From NCBI GenBank assembly GCA_964019335.1, contig OZ025704.1, positions 1 through 64,000 on the forward strand: DNA of 64,000 nucleotides, in the 5' to 3' direction. Position numbers and translations under genes: made by a program. The number at the start of each line of letters is the position of its first letter. The first letter of the stretch is position 1. A model generated the notes under the pieces. That model did no database searches and was not told the origin of the DNA. It saw nothing but the letters and a program-made list of their open reading frames with translations. Positions 1 through 9,460 of the stretch are shown piece by piece. The DNA is from Diplonema japonicum (lineage: Eukaryota; Protista; Euglenozoa: Diplonemea).

Positions 1-483
1 TGCGGGTTTGCGGGTTTGCGGGTTTGCGGGTTTGCGGGTTTGCGGGTTTGCGGGTTTGCGGGTTTGCGGGTTTGCGGGTTTGCGGGTTTGCGGGTTTGCG
101 GGTTTGCGGGTTTGCGGGTTTGCGGGTTTGCGGGTTTGCGGGTTTGCGGGTTTGCGGGTTTGCGGTTTGCGGGTTTGCGGGTTTGCGGGTTTGCGGGTTT
201 GCGGGTTTGCGGGTTTGCGGGTTTGCGGGTTTGCGGGTTTGCGGGTTTGCGGGTTTGCGGGTTTGCGGGTTTGCGGGTTTGCGGGTTTGCGGGTTTGCGG
301 GTTTGCGGGTTTGCGGGTTTGCGGGTTTGCGGGTTTGCGGGTTTGCGGGTTTGCGGGTTTGCGGGTTTGCGGGTTTGCGGGTTTGCGGGTTTGCGGGTTT
401 GCGGGTTTGCGGGTTTGCGGGTTTGCGGGTTTGCGGGTTTGCGGGTTTGCGGGTTTGCGGGTTTGCGGGTTTGCGGGTTTGCG
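1..483. repeat. Telomere-like 8-bp tandem array (GGGTTTGC)n, ~60 units, running off the window start
   Basis: Near-perfect 8-mer array with one unit lacking a G at ~161-167. It ends at 483 (…TTTGCG|TGCCCC), where retroelement RLE-coding sequence begins. Confidence 0.97.
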
Positions 484-2445
484 TGCCCCGCAGTCTTCGC
501 CGCCTGGTTGACACAAGACTCGTTCCTCGGGTGCACGATGACCACGTCCATAGCCATTGGGCGGGAACCCCCCACCCCACCTGGGAAGAACACGTCCGCC
601 GGGCGCTGGGACGACCCCGGGATCAGCCCCGTCTTCTCCATCGTTGCACTCACCCCGGCCCACTGACAGTGTCTGTGGATGGTCTCCTTCACCGGTCGTG
701 CCTCGCAATCCTGGCGTTGCCGCATCCCTGGGCGTGGTCACCCCATACGTCCATCCCCTCAGTCTTGCACCTCGGGTCGTGGCAGCTCTCACCCTGCTTG
801 TAGACCGGAGCCCCCAACCACCACTTGATCAGAGCCCCAAACTCGTTGTCCGACAGCTGGTTGTAGAAGTCAGGCGTCGCCGTCAACCACGCCCCCGCAT
901 AGTGCATTGACTCCGACATCAACCTCGCTCTCGAGCATGCATCTGCTTTCGCCAAGAGGTCCTCCAGCGCCTTCTCATCAAGCACCCTAGAGAGCCACCT
1001 CTGGCTGCAGATGTGGGGGGCCTTGGCCACCATGTCGGGTGTAATCTGCATGCCGCCCTTCGTCCTGTTGAACCACTCGAGCCAGCTCCCCCATACACCC
1101 CCTTCCAGCCCATGTTCGTATTTGGGATCCAGCTCCTTGCACAGCTTCATCGTCGACGCCCTCGAAGCCATGTTGGCCGCGCGCAGGTGCTCCTGGCAGC
1201 TCCTCATCCCAAGCCCACCGACTTTTACGGACAGTTTCGCCTGCTGCCATTCTTTCGACCCGCTCTCGAACTGCATGCCGCACACCTTCGACATCGTCTT
1301 CCGCACCATCTCGTCGAACCTGTGCATGACCCCTCCCACATGCGAGTCTGGGACCACTCTCATGTAAAACACCAGTTTGCTGTATGAGCTGCAATACCGG
1401 AGAAGTGTGTACCCTGTCTGCCTCCCCACCTTGGTCAGCATGTCGAAGTTCTCTTCCAGCGCGTCCAAGCGTTTGTTCAGAAAGGCTTGCGTGTACTCCG
1501 GCGATCCTATCGGCGCCCCCAGGAGCATGAAGTTCCTCTCTTTGTGGAAATTCTCTTCTGTCAGGCCATCGAAGCCTGTGTCCTCCACTGTCTGGGGGAG
1601 GTCGCCACTAACCCATATGAGCTCGCACTTCTGGGGTTTCACTTTCAGCCCTATCATTCCGCTCAGCTCACACAAGATGTTGTACGCCTTTCTCACTTCA
1701 TCCACATTCCCCACAAGGACGCCATCGTCCAGGTAGAACTGGAGGATGTCCAGGTTGCAGTCTTCACTTATCTTGTTCACCAGGGGTTGGATGGCCAGAG
1801 AGAACAGCAGTGGTCCCATCGGGTCCCCCTGTTGCACCCCTTCCTGGGACTTAATCACCTTTCCGTTGTAGTATAAGGGCACCCTGTAGCACCAATCGGC
1901 CCACGCATACAGCCCCGACGCTTGCTCATAGGCCTGTGAGCACAGCTGTCTCCGACAAACACTGTTGAAGGCGTTGGCGTAGTCGATCTTGAGGATCACC
2001 TTGTTTTCCTGCTTGTTGCCCCGTTCCCTGTCCACATACTGCCTGATGGTGTGTATAGCCGCCTCCATTCCAGCAGGGACCGATACCCCCACCTGGCCGC
2101 CTTTCTTCAGGTACGAAGAGGCCACTTCCGGAGCGATCTTCTTCACAAGGGATTTCCCCACCAGCCGACGCAGCACATCCCCAACGGCTATGGGCCGCAC
2201 GTCCCTGTCGTTCTTCTTGAGGGCCACAAGGTTCGCCCCTGCCATCAGCGGAGCCACCTCCCTAGGGGCCGTGCCTCTAGCTAATGCGTTGACTGCCCTC
2301 GTCACCGACATCAAACAGCCTTGAGACTCAAAAGCTCCGTCCACCGCGTCCTTGATGTGCTGGGCTCTCAGACCAGTCGGTCCCGCAGCAGTCCCCCTCG
2401 GGAAGTCCCTGATTGCGTCCAGCACTTCTTCCGGCAAGACTTCTA

Positions 2446-2488
<43 letters not shown>

Positions 2489-5400
2489 GGGACTTGAGAA
2501 AATAAATAAATCTACCGCTTCCTTCGTCTTCGCCGGGTTGTCCCATTGGGGGTGTAGTGGCTCTGGATGTTTGCTCTGCAGCGCTCTCCAACAATCCTCA
2601 TTGTCTTCCGCCAGCCCCTGGGCTACAAGCGCCGCGTTTCCTGCCGAGAACCTCCCTTTGCTGCACAGTTCCGTGGCCCTGGCGACCTTAGAGACCTCGT
2701 CGTTCTTAGGTTCCCCCTTCTCACCTGATTCCAGCTTATTCCAGAGGGCCATGTAATTTCCCTTCTCCCACTCCTCCAATCTGGCCTGGACACTCAGCTC
2801 CGTCTCCTTGTCCCGCTTCTTCCCTCCCCTCTTCTTCCACAGGCAGGCTTTGGGGAGCATCGCCACCAGCAGCCAAGCCTCCTCTGTGTTGTCCTTCACC
2901 GCCCGGCCCAGAGTGTGCTTAAGGGTAAGCCCCCACAGTCTTTGAAGGCTCGTCGGGATCGACCCCATGGTCGTGACGTTCATGGCGGCTATGGCTTCCA
3001 GGCTGGGTAACTCGGTCCTCGTCGGGGCCGGCGGGGGGGTCGTGTATTCCCCTTCCCTTCGCACCGCCTTTTTGCACTCGTCGTGGCACCCCTGACCCTT
3101 CCACACACAGCCCCTGCACACCAGGCACCTCTCGAGGTCCAGTCTCCTCAGAACGCTCTCCGGGATCTCATCACTCTCCAGGTGCCCATCCAGGTGACAC
3201 TTCCATACCCTTGTCGAGTTGAACGGGGTCGTGCTTTTGCACTTCGACCTAGCGCAGTTCGCCACCGGACAGTACAGGAATTGCTGGTTCCTTGCCCCCA
3301 TCTGGTCCAACACCCCTGCCTTCCCGTATCCAGGGATCGCACGGTCTATTATGTCCCACTCCCCGATGTCCTCACCCGGGGCCTCGGAGGGTTGCTTACC
3401 TGCCTTTTGTAGAGCAACCGATTGGGACTCATCAAGGAGCATCATCATCGACTCCTCCTCTCCGACTGCATACTCGTAGTGGTTGCCGTTGTACGCCAGC
3501 ACCACCACCTTCTCGTGGTCGGAGTTGTACTCCCCTATCATCAGGACTGGGTTGTTCCCCCCAGCAACCACGAGTATCGTGCGGCCAAACGCTTGTGCTG
3601 CGGCTGCCAGGCACAAGTGGTCTCCCCACGTCGCCGCTGTGCCCATCCCTTCCAAGTACCGGTCCCAACCCCCGCTGCAAAACGGGGCATAGTGCTCCTC
3701 CCGGTGTTTCATCCATTCTACAACCTCGCTCCTGATGTGGGTGTGGTCCCCGTAGGCTTCCCCGAGCGAACCGGCCAGGGCGTGGAACATGCAGTTCCCG
3801 TCCTTCTCCGTCGATCTCCTCGTCAGCTTGAAGCTCTTCATGATCTCGTCCACTGACTTGCCGGCCCTGGGTTGTTTGTCGGGGTTCCACAGATTCCGCT
3901 GCCTGTGTAGTGCACAGTGCGTCTGGTTCGACGAGCACGCCGCAGCACACGTTCCACAGAGGTTCACCTTCATGTTCCTCGCCTGCTCTTGTTTCACAAA
4001 ATGATGGTGGACCGCATTGAGGTGTTTAACTAGACAGCTTGCCACACTGGTGCGGAAAGAGCAGCCTTCCATCCGGCATTGATGTTTGTCTGTTCCTTCT
4101 TTTTCCCCCTCCTTCTGCGCCTCCGTGTGCTCATCATCCAAATCCATGGGGGGAGGGTCACCACCTCCTTGCAACGCGTCCCCTGCCAGCGTCAAGTCCG
4201 CAAAGGGGTCCAGGTGTTCGGCCTGAAAGAGCTTATCCTCCGTCTCGGCTCGTTCCTTCGCCGCTTGCTTGGCGTCCTCCTTCTTTTTTCTGCGTATTGA
4301 GCTTCTAGGCGGGCCCAAGTACACCGGCAGGTAGTGACCTCTCGATCCGCGTCTTGTCTTCCTCAGCTTTACCGGTCCGAATCTCTGGGTCGGGTCAGCA
4401 CCAGCTTTCCCCACCATCACTTCCGACATGGCCCAGAGCGACATCAGCCCCCCTATCCAAACTGAAGTGCTTCCCACCAGAGTGCCCCCTACTGCTAGCC
4501 AAGCGAGCTCCCCGGCGGACCATTCATCCCCTCGGGGCCCCACCTGTACCCTTGACCTGCGGGTGGTCCTCCTGTCGCTCCCCGGCCTCTTCCACAACAC
4601 TGCCGCATGCAGGAAGGAGGGGGCCATCCCGATGCCCGCCCCCAGCACCTGCCTCACCCCTGGGATCAGCAAGAGGGAGACCAGGGCGACCCAGGCCCAC
4701 GCCCCCAGGTGCTCCCATCTCACCCCTTCCTTGCTGTGTCCCGTCCGTCTGCGGTGCCTCCTTGTGCCGGTTGCAGCCCCAGGTGCCGGGATTCTGGGTG
4801 CCAGGGGTTGGGCTCCAGGCGTTCCCACCTCGGTCCGCTTCAGCCCCATTGCAGGGTCATCTGGCTTCTGTTTCAGGGCGGCCTCGTGTTCCTCTCTGCG
4901 GGCCCTCCTCCTCCCCTCTTTCCTCGCACGACGGTGCCTTTTCTTCTCCTGTCTGGCAGCCTCCCTCGCCCCCTCCCTCGCCTTGGTCCTCTTCTCCCGA
5001 CGCCTCTGAAGGGCCGTTTCGCTCCTGTGCCTCCTCCTGTTCTTCTTCCGCTTGGGCGCTGGCTTAGGTTCCCTGCCACCCATGGCAATCCAGGGGGCTC
5101 TTTTCTGTCTTCTCACAAGGGTGTGCAGTGGTGCTCTCACGTCGCTCGCAGCCTCCGCCCCAACCACACCTTGGCGGGCGGTGGGGGTGGGTGCTGGGTC
5201 CCCCTGGTTGTTTGAAAAGAAAAAAGGTTCCTCCTTGTTTGTTTTTTTTTTTTTCTTTCCCTTCCACCCTCAAAAAAAGCCCCCGGCCCTTGGGGACCAG
5301 GGTGTACACCTCCGTAGAGGGTCCAGAAAAAATGGGGGGCAGAGAGGGAGGGGCACTACCTTCTCTCGGGTGTGCTGTCTCTCCCTCTGCCTTTTTTTCC

Positions 5401-6769
5401 TCCGAAGAGGGTCTGTTTTTCACCTCCGTGGAGGGTCCCTCTGGAGAGGGCTCTATAAAAGAAAAAGGGGGGGACGAATGGGGGGGAGGAACACTACCCT
5501 CTCTCGGGAGTGCCACCTCTTCCCCTCTCTCTCTGTTTTCCTCCGAAGAGGGTCTGTTTTTTACCTCCGTGGAGGGTTCCTCTGGAGAGGGCTCTAAAAA
5601 TGAAAAAGGGGGGGACAAATGGGGGGGAGGAGCACCACCCTCTCTCGGGAGTGCCACCTCTTCCCCTTTCTCTCTATTTTCCTCCGAAGAGGGTCTGTTT
5701 TCCTCCGAAGAGGGTTCTAAAAAAAAAAAGGGGGCGGGTGGGGCACTATCCTCTCTTGGGAGTGCCACCCCCCCTTGCCCACAAAAAAGGGGATCTAAAA
5801 AGGGGGGTTCGTCTGTTAACCCAGGGGATGGGTCTTCCTGGGGTGTGCGGGTGAGCTTGGGGCCTACCGCACGCAGGGTGATCGACACCCTGACACCAGT
5901 GGACATCCCGGACGGGATGTGGTGCGTCCACTGGTGTCTCGCTTCACCTTCCAACAATGCCCATGAGAAGGGGGGCACCAGGTATTTCGCCACCCTGTCC
6001 CCCCTCCTCATGACCATTGTGGTCTCGGCTCCGTACGAGAGGACTAGGACAATCGGTCCCAGCCTCGCGTCGTCCTTGTGGGCGGCAATCCCACAACCAG
6101 ACTTGTACTTGTTGACAAGTACCTGGTTGGGGACCACCTCGAGCCCTGCGGCGGCGGCCACCTCCCTCACCCACCCCTCCGCCCCCCCTGGGATCCCCGT
6201 GGTGGGGCGCACCTTGGCGTTCGTCCCCTCCCACCGGTACCCGTATTGGAGGGTCTCCCTCCCTGAGTTCCCAGACAGGGCCTCCCACTTTCCTGAAAGC
6301 AGGGCTTTCGGGAAGGCAGGGGCCGGGCCCGTCCTCAACCCGGGAGGGTGTTCACCATACACCAGTACCCACCCCTTTTTTTCTCCCTCTTTTCCTCCCT
6401 CTTCAACAATAGCAGGGTCGGCTGCAGGGGTCGTGGTCGCGGCGGTCGTGGCTGCGGCAGGGGCGGCTGCGGCGGTCTCAGTTGCGGCGATCAGGGCGGC
6501 AGGGTCGGCTGCGGCGTTCAGGGCGGCTGGGGCGGCCGTGGCTGTAGCAGCGGCGGTCAAAACCGCGGTCTCTGCTAGTGATTTTTTTATTTTATTATTT
6601 TTTTTTTCTAAAGGGGGGTGGGGGGATCTAGGGGGTGGGGATTCATACTGCCCAACCAGATTGCCTGGTTGGGTGGGTCTCGGCGCCGTGTGCTGCGGGC
6701 TGCGGGCTTGCTCCTGCGGGCTGCGGCTGCGGCTCGGTCACCTCCTCCTGCGAGTCGTCTTGGATCCAT
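484..6769 (-). CDS. Retroelement polyprotein (~2000 aa after splicing): AlkB, repeats, basic/hydrophobic, C2H2, OTU, C2H2, RT, CCHC, RLE. This copy has a frameshift at ~692 and is truncated at 484.
   Basis: Exons 6769-6649, 6574-5310, 5233-2516 and 2446-~692 join in frame (checked by hand), linking track ORFs 5064..6560, 2480..5167 and 689..2437. AlkB: NQVLVNKY…IAAHKD…WTHHI…RVSITLR. OTU: DGNCMFHALA…WG…NHYE. Confidence 0.8.
2447..2515 (-). other. Intron 3 of the retroelement (69 nt, phase 0, contains in-frame TAA and an A34 tract)
   Basis: GAA GCG|GTAGATTT…(A)34G|GTA GAA GTC TTG. Removal gives KTKEA-VEVLPEEVLDAIRDFPRGTAAGP, the expected lead-in to the RT domain. Confidence 0.85.
5234..5309 (-). 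other. Probable intron 2 of the retroelement (76 nt, phase 0); alternatively a 1-nt indel in the A13 run
   Basis: ACG GAG|GTGTAC…(A)13CAAACAAG|GAG GAA CCT joins the AlkB ORF to the OTU ORF in frame. The acceptor is host-like; the donor is non-consensus. Confidence 0.5.
5300..5775 (-). repeat. About four diverged 110-141-bp coding tandem repeats (…VALPREG…PP…F.EPS…STEVKNRPSSEE…) inside the retroelement ORF
   Basis: A CAC(T/C)A(C/T)C anchor recurs at 5354, 5492, 5633 and 5744, together with CCTCCGAAGAGGGT blocks. The frame stays open throughout. Confidence 0.85.
6575..6648 (-). other. Spliceosomal intron 1 of the retroelement (74 nt, phase 1)
   Basis: GGC A|GTATGAAT…AAAAAAATCACTAG|CA GAG. Host-consensus GTATG donor and A-rich acceptor. 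Removal fuses MDPRR…AIWLG to ETAVLTAAA in frame; unspliced, the frame hits a stop. Confidence 0.82.
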
Positions 6770-6817
6770 TTTTTTTTTTTTTTTTGTTTTATAGTGTGTG
6801 TTGGGGGGGAGGGGATC

Positions 6818-6855
6818 CAATAAAGTACAGAAACTGTAGCTTTAGAATCGTTGGT
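6818..6855 (-). other. Integrated spliced-leader (mini-exon) sequence, 38 nt, at the 5' end of the retroelement
   Basis: The minus strand reads ACCAACGATTCTAAAGCTACAGTTTCTGTACTTTATTG. The 3' part CAGTTTCTGTACTTTATTG is the conserved kinetoplastid/diplonemid SL end, and the 5' part resembles the Diplonema SL (from memory). It is followed by GATCCCC (element 5' UTR), not by a GT SL intron. Confidence 0.93.
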
Positions 6856-8830
6856 GAGTGCATCAAGGATTTCCAAGCTGTTCATCTCAATGGGGTTTGT
6901 GAAATCTCTTTGCACCGTTTGCAAGTACCACAACCCTGACTTTGACTTCACTGTGGACGATATCTATCAGTTTCTGGCCTTGTGGGTGCTCATGGACATC
7001 ATCTGCAAGGCTGGCATAAAAGATTACTGGCCGACCATTTGTGCCCTCGCCACACCTTTTTTTGGCAAGTGTAATGAAACGTTACTGCTTTTTGCGCTTA
7101 CAGCGGTCGTTGCATTTTGGAGGGGTGAAGAGACAGACAGGTTGCAAAAAATAAGATTCTTGCTCCCCTACCTGTCTGCAACACTATTCCCCTGGAGAAT
7201 CGATCATTGATGAGAGTATGATCAAGTCACACGGTAGGCATCGCTTCAGAGTATTCCAGCCTGCAAAGAGGACAGGTGAGGCTGTGCACTGGACAGGATC
7301 TGACACAGGGTCGTGTTCAACTTGTCGATCTACTGTCCGCAGTGCTAATACCATTGTAAAAGCGTGAAAAAGCAATCAAACACAGCACTGTGGACCCCGA
7401 TGTGAGGTATCTCAGCACTTGGCATATTACCTTCCCATTTGGTGAAGGATCGAGGTCATTGTAGGGGGGTGCTGGTGTTTGGGAGCCCTGACTTGTGTAC
7501 AGGATTGGTGTACCACGTGATCACTGCAGAAGCACCAATGCTTATGATGCCAAAAAAGGACAACATGGCGACCAGAATGTCTCGGCGGCGGAGCTCTGCT
7601 TCGAGCTTCTTGTCCTGCAGCTCGAGCGCGACAATGAAAGCTCTTACAACGTTCTCCCATATCTCCTGTGGTGCCTTCAATGGCGTCTTGCTTGACATGA
7701 AGTGAACGTCGTGCTCAGTCTGAAAGCGCACCCCACGTGACTTGTCGATGCCACTATTCGTGTCCACCTGGTGGATGGCTTGGCATCGGTAGCGTTCCCC
7801 TTGTACCCCGGCATCGATAACTTCTACTGGTGTTACCCTTGTACAACAGATGTGGGAATCGGGTTTGTGGTGGAAACAATCTGAGGAAAGTCCAGTCAAT
7901 GGTAACAATCCGAAGAAAACCACCAGAATGTACCTAATCTTGCCCCAGTGAAGAAGCAAGTAGGCCCAGGCAGGCCCAAAAACGGGTTCGCGATGAGCGA
8001 CAACAGCTTTTCGACTGTTATGCACCAGTCTGGAAACAACCGCCCAGCAAGCACCCGTTCTGAAATGGGGACCGAGGGGCCCAGGGAAGATGCCAGGCGC
8101 GACTTCACCAAAGGCCACTGGTCCAAAAAACTGGATGCAGCAAGACAATGCACACACCACATGCGTGTTTTGGGGGTCCGGGTGCAAACTATCTTCATCT
8201 GCAAGGCTTGTAACGTGCATCTGTGCCCAGCTTGCTTTGCGGACTATCACGAACCAGTGGTTTACCCACCCCAATCTACCCCCTCTGGAGGCCCGGCCAC
8301 ACCGAAGAAACGCCTAAGGTACGTCTCCAAACACATACCCTTCTCCCCAGGTCGTCATCTGAGCCAAGTCCCAAAAGCAAAACCCCCCCTAGCACTCCGA
8401 GGCCCAAGTGAAAAAAGTAAGGAAGTGTCTAACCTATGGTGGGTTTTTACAATAAATTTCACTTCAATTCCTTTTTCTATTCACTTCCCAGGGCCTTTGA
8501 GGGGTGTCTGGGGGTGTTTTTTGTCCCTCCTGGGTGATGTATTTTCTTTTACACAAGCGTCGTTCTATGGTTGCATGCTCAAGGATGTTTTAATTTTAGA
8601 AAATAAAAAAGTCGATGGTGACCTTTTTTTTGCCCAAAAACCCCCATCCTTTAATAGTTAATAACTAGTTAAATTGGCAAGCAGCATGACAGGGATTGAC
8701 TTCTTTTAAGGGTGATTTTACCCCCCCTTCTTTTTCTAGGTTTTAGGTTCTATGTCAATTTCACCCATAGAATGTTGCAAAAAAAATCTTCTGGATTTTT
8801 TACACTGCAGAATTGGGTTAAAAAGGTTAA
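6856..8830 (+). mobile_element. Decayed piggyBac-like DNA transposon (5' part displaced by the retroelement insertion)
   Basis: Frame-broken transposase motifs: FTVDDIYQFLAL…KDYW, DRLQKIR, IDESMI (~7206), IDNFY (~7812) and C-terminal Cys-rich RQC…C..C.VHLCPACFADYH (~8143-8250). Candidate right ends GGG-TTAA (8815-8821) or AGG-TTAA (8824-8830) are uncertain. Confidence 0.8.
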
Positions 8831-9115
8831 ATCTACCTATTTTTCATAGTTTTTGGCCAATTTATTAAGGGGAATTTTTAGATAAAAAAACAGCAAAATC
8901 AGCCTTGGTAAGGGCTCTACCAGAGGGGAAAAAAATTTTTTTTCCAAAAAAATAAAAAAATCTCTATTTTGAGGGTGCCCAAGTGCCATGTGGCCCCAGA
9001 AAAAAAAAATTTTTTTCACCCCCCAAGGCCAAATTTCCCTTTGGAAAAATCCCAAAAAATGGCAATATCAGCCTTGGTAAGGGCACTGCTGGCAGTGATG
9101 GGTGAATCCTAATTA

Positions 9116-9290
9116 GGACTAGACCAGACTGGACTGGACCAGACTGGATCCAGCGTGAATTTCGACCCAATTATGCCAGACTGACTGGACTGACCAGACT
9201 GACCAGACTGGACCGGACTGGACCAGACCAGACCAGACCAGACCAGACTGGACTGGACCAGACTGGACTGGACTGAACTGGATTGGACAA
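9116..9290. repeat. Pentamer microsatellite of GACCA/GACTG units
   Basis: Directly visible array. The same motif occurs next to the hAT-like end at 11868-11888. Confidence 0.85.
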
Positions 9291-9460
9291 GATACAACCA
9301 CAACACCACATCCCCCCTTTTTTTTGCTGAGAGTTCAAACGTATAAACAGATGTCTACAAGAAAAGATGTTACACAGGTACTGAGAGATGACAACAACAA
9401 CAACAAAGACAATGAGAAACAAAGAAGAAAAAAAAAAAAAAAAACCTTTATCTTCTTTTT

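Larger units (their letters stand above)
484..6855 (-). mobile_element. CRE/SLACS-type (RLE-encoding) non-LTR retrotransposon: SL-headed, intron-containing, 3'-truncated
   Basis: RT motifs GTAAGPTG, RPIAVGD, KIDYANAFN, QQGDPMGPLLF and FYLDDG (1721-1738). CCHC (CHDPRC…DHAQGC). RLE motif RHD…E…RPADV…DVVI continues in another frame after a frameshift at ~692. The 5' end is defined by the SL at 6818-6855. Confidence 0.92.

Noticed and set aside
8-803. ORFs of (RVCGFAGL)n
   Set aside because: Artefact of a stop-free 8-bp repeat.
2480-2482. Stop-codon readthrough or an alternative genetic code joining the OTU and RT ORFs
   Set aside because: TAA, TAG and TGA all terminate conserved host genes here. 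A GT-AG intron explains the break and removes a poly-Lys run.
6818-6855. A functional SL-RNA gene
   Set aside because: No GT-initiated SL intron follows the exon, and the upstream DNA is piggyBac, so this is a retroposed SL.
5128-6939. 603-aa plus-strand ORF
   Set aside because: Antisense shadow of the GC-rich AlkB/repeat region, with no recognisable motifs.
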